From IMG/VR virus record IMGVR_UViG_3300024239_000013, positions 62,001 through 126,000 of that record: a stretch of DNA of 64,000 nt; one strand, given 5' to 3'. The notes below the pieces were generated by a model. That model was not told the origin of the DNA. It made no database searches and worked only from the letters and a program-made list of their open reading frames with translations. Shown here one piece after another: positions 11,797-21,862 of this stretch. How positions within the stretch are numbered: the first letter of the stretch is position 1; each line of letters opens with the position of its first letter. Position numbers and translations under genes: made by a program.

Positions 11797-12315
11797 TTAT
11801 CTGTTATAAATCACAACTGTTACTTTGCAATCTGTTATATTATTGTGTATAATTTCCTTTATTCTTTCCCAATTTCCTCCAGCTAAACCTGAGCCTATTT
11901 TTGGCATCCCTATATGTTTCCCTTTAAAAACCATATTTAATTTTCTCATGCATATGGTAAATGCTTCATAATCAAAAGGTATTCTAACCCCATCTTTATG
12001 ATTCATCCCATATCTAAATTGTGTATACGCATTAACAACGGTTAGCTCTGGTTCGTTCCTATTGTTTTTGGCATCTTCCAAAGACCATATTGATCTTTCA
12101 CCCAATACGAATGTCTGGTAATCTATATTACCTAATTTTTCTATGGAAGGACCGATTCTTTCCATATTGAATTTATCAGCTCCAAATGCCTTTGCCATCT
12201 GTGGAGCAATTCCAGCTCCCATTGTCGATTGACAATTACAACCATGAACTATAACATCAAAATTTCCTTTTTTGGCCAGATCTATTAAATCCCCATATAT
12301 TTCTTTGTATTCCAT
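11797..12315 (-). CDS. macrodomain (ADP-ribose processing) protein
   Basis: GDL, HGCNC..MGAGIA, MPKIGSGLAGG. Confidence 0.85.
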   Translation of the reverse strand: MEYKEIYGDLIDLAKKGNFDVIVHGCNCQSTMGAGIAPQMAKAFGADKFNMERIGPSIEKLGNIDYQTFVLGERSIWSLEDAKNNRNEPELTVVNAYTQFRYGMNHKDGVRIPFDYEAFTICMRKLNMVFKGKHIGMPKIGSGLAGGNWERIKEIIHNNITDCKVTVVIYNR

Positions 12316-12476
12316 GGTTATTATTTTCTCCTGTTAAAACCAGATATTTTAGCTATCACAAAAAAAGGAACTATTATTGCATAAAATTCCCAATTTAAGA
12401 AACTAATTCCACCAAAAAAAGAAAGAGCAGCTCCTAGATAAATTGGGCCGGATAATTCTAATAATTTTTTCATAAC

Positions 12477-13154
12477 TTATTTTATTTCGTCTATTAATGT
12501 TATTTCTGCTGTTTCGTAATCTATTCTGTAAATACCCTTAGGAACATCCTGATTTTTCCAGTTATATCTATTCTCTATTACAATGCAACTATTTCCTTTG
12601 ATGATTGAAGAACTATTTTCGAATATTCTCTCTCCTCTTCTTAGGTCATATATTCCTCCATTAACACTGGCTAAATTTCCGCCCAAATGATATATTGTTT
12701 CTAAGCCTCCTGCATCTAGACAAACATCACCTAATCGATTAACTACTACGTGATCTCCAAAGCCTTCGAATTTTAATGTTTTTTTACTTTTGTCTTGTAT
12801 TCTGTTTCCGTATCTTAATAGCGTGCAATAGCCATCCACAAATCCGTTTGTTCCGATTCCACCTTTTCTGAAAACTTCACTTGAAATTTTCAACCCGTTG
12901 TGGTATAGATACGAGTACCCTAATTTATTTTCCAAAGGTTCTCCTTTATCGTTTAATTCCTCAATAGGTCTTAGTTCATATCCTTCTTTCAGATCTTGAT
13001 ATTTAGATTCAATCTTCGATGGTTTAATTCCTTCCAATAAATTTGATATCAGATGTAAATTAAGAGACTCACTTTTAACAAGTCCAATAATATCTGGATT
13101 CATATCAAAATAATTAAATTTTGGATTTTTATTATTATTTTTCGACATATTCAT
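12477..13154 (-). CDS. hypothetical protein
   Basis: ORF track. Confidence 0.55.
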   Translation of the reverse strand: MNMSKNNNKNPKFNYFDMNPDIIGLVKSESLNLHLISNLLEGIKPSKIESKYQDLKEGYELRPIEELNDKGEPLENKLGYSYLYHNGLKISSEVFRKGGIGTNGFVDGYCTLLRYGNRIQDKSKKTLKFEGFGDHVVVNRLGDVCLDAGGLETIYHLGGNLASVNGGIYDLRRGERIFENSSSIIKGNSCIVIENRYNWKNQDVPKGIYRIDYETAEITLIDEIK

Positions 13155-13533
13155 ATTTGATTTTCAGAATTCTGTATATAAAATTAGCTTTTTCTATATC
13201 TTCTCTGGATTTTGCTAAATCTAATAGATCCTGGAATTCTTTATCGTATATTTTTACTAGATCTTCTCTAGATTCAGCATCTTCAATCATTTTTTCTACT
13301 TTCTCGAAAAAGTTTAAGAATTTAATTCTATCACGAGAAATCGAAATTATAGAGATTGACAAAATGCTTATAAAAATTCCCAAGGATAATCCAATCTTTA
13401 GGTTTACTAACATTGAAAATTTGGAATCCATTATCGAAAATAAAGCAAAAGAATAAATAGATGAGATGAGCCACATAACAATAAAAATTTTAAATAAGCT
13501 TGATTCCATCAAGAATGCTGAGAATTTTTTCAT
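13135..13533 (-). CDS. two-TM membrane protein, paralogue of 50987-51409
   Basis: Shared LFK-TM-TM-...EDL.KI...KY.Y layout. Confidence 0.6.
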   Translation of the reverse strand: MKKFSAFLMESSLFKIFIVMWLISSIYSFALFSIMDSKFSMLVNLKIGLSLGIFISILSISIISISRDRIKFLNFFEKVEKMIEDAESREDLVKIYDKEFQDLLDLAKSREDIEKANFIYRILKIKYEYVEK

Positions 13534-13544
13534 AATGATTGTAT

Positions 13545-13988
13545 TTATATTTTGATCTCTCTATTAATATCTCTTTCTATATCTCTATTTTTAATAACTT
13601 CCCTTTTATCATAGTTCTTTTTACCCCTAGATAAAGATATCTCTAATTTAAATAAGGACCTATCATTTTCATAAATTCTGCAAGGAACTATACTCATACC
13701 TTTTATTAGATCCTTTTGGAGTTTATTAAGCTCCTTTCTTTTTAATAAAAGTTTTCTATCTCTTTTTGGATTGTGTGAATAGTTTGGGTTCGTCGATGAT
13801 ATGTGTAGGTTTCTTATGAAAAGTTCATTATTTATAAAATAGCAATAAGAATCTGTAAAATCAATTCTATTTTCTCTAATAGATTTTACCTCAGATCCAA
13901 CCAATTGAATCCCTGCATCTAATTTTTTTATAAATTCAAATTCAAATTTTGCTTTTTTGTTAATGATATTTATTTTTGATGGTTTCAT
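13545..13988 (-). CDS. smpB: SsrA-binding protein SmpB
   Basis: NKKAKFEF, AGIQLVGSEVKSIR, RDRKLLL, RGKKNYDKRE. Confidence 0.92.
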   Translation of the reverse strand: MKPSKINIINKKAKFEFEFIKKLDAGIQLVGSEVKSIRENRIDFTDSYCYFINNELFIRNLHISSTNPNYSHNPKRDRKLLLKRKELNKLQKDLIKGMSIVPCRIYENDRSLFKLEISLSRGKKNYDKREVIKNRDIERDINREIKI

Positions 13989-14299
13989 ATTAGTCCTGAG
14001 AGTTTAAATTCGAGTCCATTTTTTTTAGCTTTAATCTCAGCTTTTACCTCTATAACAGCATCTCCTAGATAATCACGATCGGTTTTTTCTACTGTGATGT
14101 CTATGTATCCTTCGTCTAAAAGTTGATTCGTTAATTTATTTAATACCTCACTTTTCACTTTTTCGATGATAAGTTGTTCAACTGATGATCCTCGATAAGC
14201 AAAAGCTCCGAATCTATAAGATGCTGATGCTTTAAAAATCTTAGTTTCCGGTTCATCAAAAAGCTTTCTTATGGTTTTTAATGATTTATCATGATCCAT
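13985..14299 (-). CDS. hypothetical protein
   Basis: ORF track, follows promoter at 14326. Confidence 0.55.
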   Translation of the reverse strand: MDHDKSLKTIRKLFDEPETKIFKASASYRFGAFAYRGSSVEQLIIEKVKSEVLNKLTNQLLDEGYIDITVEKTDRDYLGDAVIEVKAEIKAKKNGLEFKLSGLI

Positions 14300-14357
14300 T
14301 TTTTTTTATATCTTTTTTACGATTGCAAATTTAATAACTATATACGATCAAAAAAAA

Positions 14358-14385
14358 TAAATCCTGGTTATTTAACCAGGATTTA
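14358..14385 (-). terminator. intrinsic terminator
   Basis: Perfect TAAATCCTGGTTA/TAACCAGGATTTA stem followed by a T-tract on the minus strand. Confidence 0.75.
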
Positions 14386-15565
14386 TATCATCTTTAAAAT
14401 ATTTTTAACCTTCGTTGTTTTTTTCAATTTTTTCAATATTTCATCACTAATTTCTTCTTCTAGTGTAAATTCTAATCTTTGAGAATTCCCATTGGGAGAA
14501 AAGTTCCAATCAAATCCTATCCCAATAATCTTTTTTAGATTTTCCACCAATTCGTCCATATAATAGGATATCCTTTTGGGTATTCTACCGTCGAATAACA
14601 TTGACCAATATTCTATTACAAATTGTTCTGAGTTGATGATTAAATAATCACATTCCATCATACGGTCCTTAAAAAATTCAGTAATATATGGCTTATAGAA
14701 ATCTATTAAAAATTCCAGATTCTCTTTCTCATCATCGAAATTCTCATAAATCTTAATGTTATTCATATTATATCATTTTCCAAATTTTCCTGGTTTTTAA
14801 AACATTCTTGATTGTTTTTAGATTTTTTTCATTAATCTCGATATTATCTTCATTAAAAATTTTAATGAATCCATGGAATATTCTTTTTTTAGCTGATATA
14901 GGTAGTTTATCTACTGATTCTATATACTGTGGATTTTCTAAAAGTGTCTTTGTGAATATTTCACTTAAAATATCTTTATCGACTATTTCACTTAGGGTTG
15001 ATGGATTATTATAAAATTCATCTATTAAATTATCGTAAAGATCTTTTACATTTTGTATTATTTTAGAGGATAAACCTTCAATTTTTTTTATATTAGAAGG
15101 AGCTATCAATCTAACATCCTTTAATTTCTCGATAAGATAATCTAATGCTTCCTCTATTATAGACTTTAATTGATTATAGTCTCTTGGATTTGCTATGACA
15201 TTTATTCTATGCCTTTCATCCCATTCATAGGTCTTTTTTATTTCATATTCACCTATATTTAAACTTTCATCTATTGATATTTTAATACTTAGAAAATTCC
15301 CGATTAAATCCGGAACTGTGTCAAATCCGGTTAGATCTAGAAGCTTCTCTATCTCAGTTTTTATTTCACCAACATATGTTTTAATGGTTATTAAATAGTA
15401 TGGAACTTTAGCTTCTAGTTTTCTGTCTATCTCTACGTATTTTCTACGATTATTTTTTGTGAAATCTAGATCTGCATAAAGTTTTTCTGAGAAATCTTGA
15501 TCTAAGAAATTTCTAGGCTTATCCGATGATTCATTTATCCAATTATTAAAATTCTTAACTTCCAT
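14383..15565 (-). other. two acidic hypothetical CDS (14383-14766, 14768-15565), candidate virion-internal proteins
   Basis: IKIYENF / VKNFNNWINE N-termini, GATATATA box, both end in KMI. Confidence 0.55.
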
Positions 15566-15600
15566 GGATTATATATCAAAATTTAAAACTTGATCTGCAA

Positions 15601-15987
15601 TTAAACCTCAGCTACTTTTTCGATACTTTCATTTTTGTGTCTTGCTACTAGTTTATTATAAAGGCATTCAATCTCATCCAAGGAAAGATTACTTTTTTTC
15701 CCGTTTATATCAACTGTACATGCAACTACATTTCCTTCAATATAACCCTTAGCTGAATCTACCCTATCGAAGCTTCTGGAATAAATTCCTTCCTCTTCGA
15801 AAATCCTATTTGTATAGTAACATGTTGGATAAGATAGCAATTTTTTAACAGATTCAAAATTTAGATCAAAATCAAGTTTCCTGTCCTGTGCACTCTGATA
15901 GATTTTTAACATTTTCTTAGCTACCTCTAGGTCACTGATTTCTTCTTTTTTTGTAATGGGTAAAGATTTTTTTTTAATTTTAGTCAT
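15601..15987 (-). CDS. T4 Srd-like / HNH-fold protein
   Basis: SAQDRKLDFDL...CYYT...SFDRVDSAKGYIEGNVVAC resembles the T4 Srd N-terminal region as I recall it. Confidence 0.55.
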   Translation of the reverse strand: MTKIKKKSLPITKKEEISDLEVAKKMLKIYQSAQDRKLDFDLNFESVKKLLSYPTCYYTNRIFEEEGIYSRSFDRVDSAKGYIEGNVVACTVDINGKKSNLSLDEIECLYNKLVARHKNESIEKVAEV

Positions 15988-16006
15988 TTTTTCAATTTTT
16001 TAGCGA

Positions 16007-16684
16007 TTAATTATGACCGAAATCTATTTCGGCTATATCGTCTATTGTGTATCCTTCATCATCATTCCCTGATGCATTAACCTCAACAACATATTTATTA
16101 TTATCTGAGGTTTTTGTGCTGTTATAGATAAAATAGTAATAAGCTAGTTCACCAGGATTATACATTTTCATGATTTCTACTTTTTCAAATTCTCCAGATA
16201 CTAATCCAGTCTTATTCCAAAATAACATTTCTATTACATCATCATCTATAGATTTAATATAAACATCCTTCATTACCCTAGGATATAAAGAAGAGATTTC
16301 CATCGTAGAAGATGTGCAGTTTATATTAACATAGACTTCTGATTCTTTGTATTTTAATTTAAGTACCACATCAAAGCCATATTCCAATTCATCTATGGTA
16401 CGTCTAGCTCTCATCTTACCTATAACTGAGAGTTTTTTTAATATATCTTCGGAAAGCTTTGGGTATGTAGATATTATATTTTTATTATCTTTAATAAAAT
16501 TGTAAAAATCTTCAAAGGATAAATTCTCGAATGGTTCTTCTATTCTAATATCATAGAATCTCAAACCAGATCTCCAATATTTTAATTTTATAGGTTTGCC
16601 TGTTAAGTTTGAAATCTCGTCTATTAATGATTCCAAGCTATCTGTGGGTTGGGTAAAATCTTCAAATATTTTAATTCTTCTCAT
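16007..16684 (-). CDS. hypothetical protein (MRRIKIFEDF start)
   Basis: ATG at 16684 follows a GATAAATA box. Confidence 0.55.
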   Translation of the reverse strand: MRRIKIFEDFTQPTDSLESLIDEISNLTGKPIKLKYWRSGLRFYDIRIEEPFENLSFEDFYNFIKDNKNIISTYPKLSEDILKKLSVIGKMRARRTIDELEYGFDVVLKLKYKESEVYVNINCTSSTMEISSLYPRVMKDVYIKSIDDDVIEMLFWNKTGLVSGEFEKVEIMKMYNPGELAYYYFIYNSTKTSDNNKYVVEVNASGNDDEGYTIDDIAEIDFGHN

Positions 16685-16857
16685 GATATATTTATCCAAT
16701 TCCTATGATCTTTTTTCCACGTACAAGAACTTTTTAGAATATCTATATTGTCCAATTCTGATTCCCGAGTATTCTTTGTGTCTTTGTGTGATCTGGTGAC
16801 CCAATGTACTCCCTCCTGTAATAATTATTTTCACAATTTTATTTTAAATAAGATAAC

Positions 16858-17595
16858 TTATTTCTCCTTTAGCAAGAATGAATTAGAAATGGATTTGAAA
16901 GATATTGTTTTATCCTTGTTTCTAATAACCACTCCTTCTCTCTCCGCTCCATTGTATAGTTTTGATTTACCCTCTGCGTAAAGAAGAATTTCATCGACAG
17001 TTTCTGGTAGGCTATAATTTTCCTCGAGCACAGGAACAAGTTCAAGTGGTTTATCGTCATTATTAACTTTAGATAGGAATTCCCTCATTTCATCTAATCC
17101 TAGATATTCTTGAGTGTCAATATTGAAAATATTGAAAACTCTAAGAGTATGCCCTTTTATTTTATATGGATTCCCTTGAATTCCTTCACCGATAAGTTCA
17201 CCCTGGATTGCGTAATTTTGATTAAGAGATCCTAGTTTTTCTGCTATCTTTAGCTCTCTAGCAACCTTCCAGAATGTATTTTCTTTTTTGGTTCTTTCGA
17301 CACCATCTTCACCAATGATAGTACCAGGTACAAATTCTCCAGGATCCGCTAACTCAAGGTTTCTTGAACAGACTCCGAAAACTCCGTCTTTTAAATAGAA
17401 GGTTGCGGAACTTCCGTCTAGTTTTTCAGTCACATAAAACCTTTCAGTCTTCCAGCCCTCGTACTCTTTGGTTAGATTTTGACAGTTATGTACTAAAATA
17501 TCGTTTGCATAGAAGTTATGAACTTTATCTACTTCAATGTCATAACGTTTTGATTCATGATTTATCTTCTTAATAGATTTAATTTTATCTAACAT
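16858..17595 (-). CDS. split-intein C-part (37 aa, 17595-17485) fused to RNA ligase catalytic domain
   Basis: YDIEV..HNFYANDILVHN|C splice junction; EKLDGSS, IQGELIG, REGVV, FKSIS ligase motifs. Confidence 0.92.
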   Translation of the reverse strand: MLDKIKSIKKINHESKRYDIEVDKVHNFYANDILVHNCQNLTKEYEGWKTERFYVTEKLDGSSATFYLKDGVFGVCSRNLELADPGEFVPGTIIGEDGVERTKKENTFWKVARELKIAEKLGSLNQNYAIQGELIGEGIQGNPYKIKGHTLRVFNIFNIDTQEYLGLDEMREFLSKVNNDDKPLELVPVLEENYSLPETVDEILLYAEGKSKLYNGAEREGVVIRNKDKTISFKSISNSFLLKEK

Positions 17596-18557
17596 AGTAT
17601 TTCTTTTAAAAGGTTATAGATTTCTTCGTTTGTCATATTATTAATATCACTCTCCCAAAAATAGTGAACTGTATATCCTTTAGATTCTATAAGCTTACGT
17701 TTCCGATTGTCTTTCTTCCAAACATCCTTTGCTAAAAGACCATCTAAAAGAACGTCAGACTCTTTATAGAACTTAGGATTAGCATGCCAAAAGTCACCTT
17801 GAACTTCTATGATAACTTTATTCTTAAATATCAGATCCCAGTTATATGCATATAGAAATCCGTTTGCCGTATATTCTACATCTAATTGATTTAGTATTGT
17901 CTGAATTCTGATCTCTTGACTACTTACATAATTTATATTAGCTCTTGCTTTTTCTGTCATCCGCCTGCGTTCATCCGCCGTCATTTTAGATATTCTTTTC
18001 TTCTGTGACTCTCCAATCTTCACCGAAACACCTGGGATTTGAGAAGGATTATAAACGCTATCTCCGTATTTTTTGATAAGAGTATCTCTTATAGATTCTT
18101 GGGCCTTTTCATAGTCTATATGTGACTGTGCAACCTTCCGTATCTTTGGGTTGCAGAAGTTGTTCTCATATCCAAAGTTCTTTAGGAACGTCTCTTTCTT
18201 TTTTTTCTTGATGGCTTTAGCCTGTGATGGATTCTTAACCCCAAACCGTTTCATATTAGTAGACTCAATCTTATCTTTATAAACCTTGGTCTTTTTGCTT
18301 TCGCTATTAGTTCGTTTAATCCCAAGTAATTCGATATAATTTGCAAATGAAACCCCATACATTTCTTTAAGATCAGAGACATTATAACCTTCAAGATATA
18401 GATCCTTTACCGTATCGAAGGTTCTATCTTCTATTTCTATTTGAGATTTAATGTAGTTTACCTCATTTGTTAATTTATTAATGTTGTGATGTCTATTAAT
18501 GTGTATTTTTAATATGTTCGTTTGATTGAATTCTTTATTGCAGATAATACACCTCAT
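17589..18557 (-). mobile_element. free-standing putative homing endonuclease (C2H2 finger, FGVKNPSQ-type repeats, Vsr/DUF559-like nuclease)
   Basis: CIIC..HINRHH; IEVQGDFWHANP..KKD..K..GYTVHYFWE; lies between the intein halves. Confidence 0.82.
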
Positions 18558-18631
18558 AATAAGTTTCCTTTTATTTATATATCTCTTATTTATATAAAAA
18601 ACAATAAATAATCAGTCTTTTTAATAACTTT

Positions 18632-19441
18632 TTAGGTTATTTTAACGGTTTCATTACCTAAAAGATCTCTAACTTCTCTGAAGCATTTTAATTCAGGAAG
18701 CCAAATACGATGATTTCCAGTAGCTTTAATAGTCTTACCAGACTCTAGTTCAATCATGTACCAATCGTTATTATTCTTTTGAATAGAATGACTGTTAATG
18801 GAGTTCATTTCATTTTCATCAGTTATAGTATTGTATGATAGAACCTTACCTGTATACTTTGACTCACAGATTTCCTTGATAGTCATTGGACCGTCTTCTG
18901 TGTTAACAATAACATCTTCAGACAAGCATCTTTCTTCATCAGTCTTTCTGATAAATGACGGGAAGTATCCCTTAACCTTTCCTGCTAGCTGTGCTGGAAT
19001 AGGAGGTTCGTATTTTATGATTCCGAGAAGATCTGTTACATCTAGACCCTCTTCTATAACAATAGAACCACCAGTCCCCAATTGTAATTTGTCTCCTTGT
19101 GGTTGTTTGCTAATTCCAACGACCATTTCTTTTTCACTTCTCAAAGTAGATAAAGGCAATAAAAGCCCTTGACTTAATTCTTGTCTAAGTCTAATAGTCT
19201 TTAATCTAAATCCTTCAATGTCCCCCATTTTTTTATATGAGGATTTTCTTAGAAATTCGAATTTTTCATCAATTGGTAAGAATGAATCAACTTCACAATA
19301 AATAGCCAATTCTCCCTCCTTATATTCTCCAATTCTAGTTATAACTTTCCATCCACCAATATGACAAATCTCAAGTGAGTCTGCATTGGGATGTTTAGTT
19401 ATTTTATCAATTCTCTTTACTGATGCTAATTTTCTTTCCAT
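18632..19441 (-). CDS. RNA ligase (DRB0094-type) N-terminal part fused to split-intein N-part (98 aa, 18928-18635)
   Basis: RKLASV..HPNADSLE..GW, LRQELSQGL, FPSFIRKTDEER|CLSED; intein block B ATGNH. Confidence 0.92.
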   Translation of the reverse strand: MERKLASVKRIDKITKHPNADSLEICHIGGWKVITRIGEYKEGELAIYCEVDSFLPIDEKFEFLRKSSYKKMGDIEGFRLKTIRLRQELSQGLLLPLSTLRSEKEMVVGISKQPQGDKLQLGTGGSIVIEEGLDVTDLLGIIKYEPPIPAQLAGKVKGYFPSFIRKTDEERCLSEDVIVNTEDGPMTIKEICESKYTGKVLSYNTITDENEMNSINSHSIQKNNNDWYMIELESGKTIKATGNHRIWLPELKCFREVRDLLGNETVKIT

Positions 19442-19444
19442 CTT

Positions 19445-19906
19445 TTAATCTTTTTTATTTAATATTGTATGGATTGTTTCCTTTATTATTTCATTATATG
19501 GAAGCCAGGCTTCTGACAATTTTGCTTTGGTGTAATTTTTAGATCCCCTACAATCTCCATCTTTAGAAGGTTTAAGATCTCTGCACTGAGCAGGTCTTTC
19601 TTCAAATGACATCGTGCATCCTTTATCTGTTAAAAATATACACTCTCCTCCCCAAGAAGGATCAAGTACTTTACCTAAGGATTTTTTAGTCTGTGGACGT
19701 AGAAAGTAAAATGTTATATCATCATATTCGGGATTTTCTGTAGGATTACCTTCCCAGTAATCAAATTGATATCCCTTCTCGTACATTTTCTCCAGAGAAT
19801 CGACAGTAATTTCTTTCATATCGTCAGGAGAAAGTATACCAGGAAGACTTTTACAACAACTTCCACACGATGAACAAATTGATATGTTTTCGTTATTTTC
19901 TATCAT
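19445..19906 (-). CDS. YkgJ-like CxxCxxCC cysteine-cluster protein
   Basis: CSSCGSCC, CIFL..GC..ERPAQCR. Confidence 0.8.
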   Translation of the reverse strand: MIENNENISICSSCGSCCKSLPGILSPDDMKEITVDSLEKMYEKGYQFDYWEGNPTENPEYDDITFYFLRPQTKKSLGKVLDPSWGGECIFLTDKGCTMSFEERPAQCRDLKPSKDGDCRGSKNYTKAKLSEAWLPYNEIIKETIHTILNKKD

Positions 19907-20233
19907 ATTTTTTAATTTATTAGATGTGACAGTTCTATATAGATATTAAAGTATCAACTATATTCTATTCAAAAAATAGGTTTAAAGAATCAATATCAGA
20001 TTCATTTATTATTATAAAATACTCTCATATATTAATTTTATACCCAAATTTACATTCAAATTACGGGATAAAAAAATATAGATATATAATTATTTTTTTA
20101 ATGGATCTTTTTAATTTGTCTAGATTACATTCTTTCGATGGACTGAAAGAAATAAATTAATTTGTAAAATATTATATGTCTAGTATAATTCTTATTTTTC
20201 GATATATAAAAAAATCATATATTTTTAGCAATA

Positions 20234-20812
20234 ATGAAATATCCAAAGAAGTATCTCACAGCAAATCCAAATGTAATGAAAAGAGAGATTAAAAAACACG
20301 GGGGAAAGGAAGACGACGATTCTTCCGCATACGGACCCTGGGATGCTGATTATAAAAGTAGAAAAGCTGGAAAGGGTAAACCGATTCCAACTAAACAGTC
20401 TAAATACACAAAAAAATACAAGGAACTCTTTGGAGAAAAAGAAAATTTTGAATCTAAAAACATACTAGATTTTGATGTGTTTAATCTACCAGACAATCTA
20501 TTTGAGGATATAATTATAGAAAATACTGAAATTACCGAAAAGGTTATTATGGAATCTTCGATGGAGAAAGATGGTCCTATATATAAGGCTTTAAAAAAGA
20601 AATCTGATAAAACTGGATTTCCTCTAAATATATTAAAAAAAGTTTGGTCTAGAGGGTATTCAGCCTGGAAAACCGGTCATATTCCTGGGACTACACCCCA
20701 GCAATGGGCTATGGCTAGAGTTAATTCTTTTGTTACTGGTGGTAAAACAACTAAAATGTCCGATAAGGCACTATATGACCAGGCAAAGAAAAACAAGAAA
20801 CAAAAAAGGTAG
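20234..20812 (+). CDS. conserved basic phage protein
   Basis: SKYTKKYKELFG and RGYSAWKTGH..QWAMARVNSF motifs; GATATATA box. Confidence 0.6.
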   Translation: MKYPKKYLTANPNVMKREIKKHGGKEDDDSSAYGPWDADYKSRKAGKGKPIPTKQSKYTKKYKELFGEKENFESKNILDFDVFNLPDNLFEDIIIENTEITEKVIMESSMEKDGPIYKALKKKSDKTGFPLNILKKVWSRGYSAWKTGHIPGTTPQQWAMARVNSFVTGGKTTKMSDKALYDQAKKNKKQKR

Positions 20813-20817
20813 TTCTT

Positions 20818-21567
20818 TTAAACTACCATATTTTTTTCAAATTGTTCATATGTCCATTTAAGATAATCGTTACCAGCTTGGGTATTTTTAAAGGGATCTA
20901 TTGGAATTTCGCCCCTATATTTATCAGGGCTTATCTTTTTCAGCTGTTCCCAAGCAGAAGGACCTATTTGAAATAGTCCTTTATAAGTTCTGTTTGTGTC
21001 TGGATCTGGATCAAATCTAGATTCTTTGTAAGCAACGGTCGTCAGAAATTCTTTTGGGAAATTAGGATTTGGTAGCTTTTCTATAGCATTCTTAACAACT
21101 TTATGTTGTGGAAGATTTATTTTATTTAAAGCTTCTTTTTTATATTTATCCCAAGTGTTCTTCTGATAATTCAGAAAAGCCAATACAGCTTCCTTATCGT
21201 TTCCTTTTAAAACTTTAGCGTATCCTGGATCAGAGGAAGGCATATTTTTAAGCATATTGTTTCTATCAGAACTGTTCAGTTTTTCCTTTCCTAGATAAAC
21301 GTTAACCAATTTAACTGCTCCAGAAGGACCCTGCTGATGAGGTAAATATAACATATGTTGTCCTTCTATAGGAGAAGGTTGTTTAGCAACCTGTTGTTTT
21401 TTAACCTGTGTTGGTTGGAGGGTTTTCTGTGCTTCTTTCTGAAAAATTCTAGATAATAGCTTTTTAAAACTATCCCACAAATTCTTAACTCCATCTGAAA
21501 ATCCCTCGTTAATTTCCAATTCGGGGTGAAATTCAAATTCTCTATATTCTTTAATGTGTTTTAGCAT
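20818..21567 (-). CDS. lytic transglycosylase (SLT/lysozyme-like)
   Basis: KESRFDP, GLFQI, DPFKN..G..YL. Confidence 0.8.
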   Translation of the reverse strand: MLKHIKEYREFEFHPELEINEGFSDGVKNLWDSFKKLLSRIFQKEAQKTLQPTQVKKQQVAKQPSPIEGQHMLYLPHQQGPSGAVKLVNVYLGKEKLNSSDRNNMLKNMPSSDPGYAKVLKGNDKEAVLAFLNYQKNTWDKYKKEALNKINLPQHKVVKNAIEKLPNPNFPKEFLTTVAYKESRFDPDPDTNRTYKGLFQIGPSAWEQLKKISPDKYRGEIPIDPFKNTQAGNDYLKWTYEQFEKNMVV

Positions 21568-21600
21568 AGTATTATATATCTATGAATCCCGTGGATAAAT

Positions 21601-21855
21601 TTAAAGTTTGGAATCTGCGGGCCAAAGATGTTCGTATCCCGTAATTTCACACCAATATTCAATATCAGAAAGCTCAAAATCCCGATCATCATAGAAATCT
21701 ATAAAGTGTGATCCGTCCATATAGCCTTCATAAACGACGGCTATATGGAATTTACCATTCTTGTCCATGGCTACCACTGGATCACTCATTGAACCGTCCC
21801 AGTGACCTTTTTTATATGCGTTTGGGGTTTCATTCTTTACGTTTTTCCACTTCAT
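21601..21855 (-). CDS. DUF551-like small protein
   Basis: MKWKNVKNETP...IEYWCEI; similar to 60282-60611 and the C-half of 60601-60945. Confidence 0.5.
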   Translation of the reverse strand: MKWKNVKNETPNAYKKGHWDGSMSDPVVAMDKNGKFHIAVVYEGYMDGSHFIDFYDDRDFELSDIEYWCEITGYEHLWPADSKL

Positions 21856-21862
21856 ATTTTTT

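Noticed and set aside
17589-18631. Group I intron interrupting the ligase
   Set aside because: Almost no non-coding sequence for a ribozyme core; split-intein motifs explain the layout
19907-20233. tRNA, tmRNA or other structured RNA in the larger intergenic gaps (also 28632-28930)
   Set aside because: Very AT-rich, no T-loop or acceptor-stem pattern seen; largely explained by promoters and a short ORF
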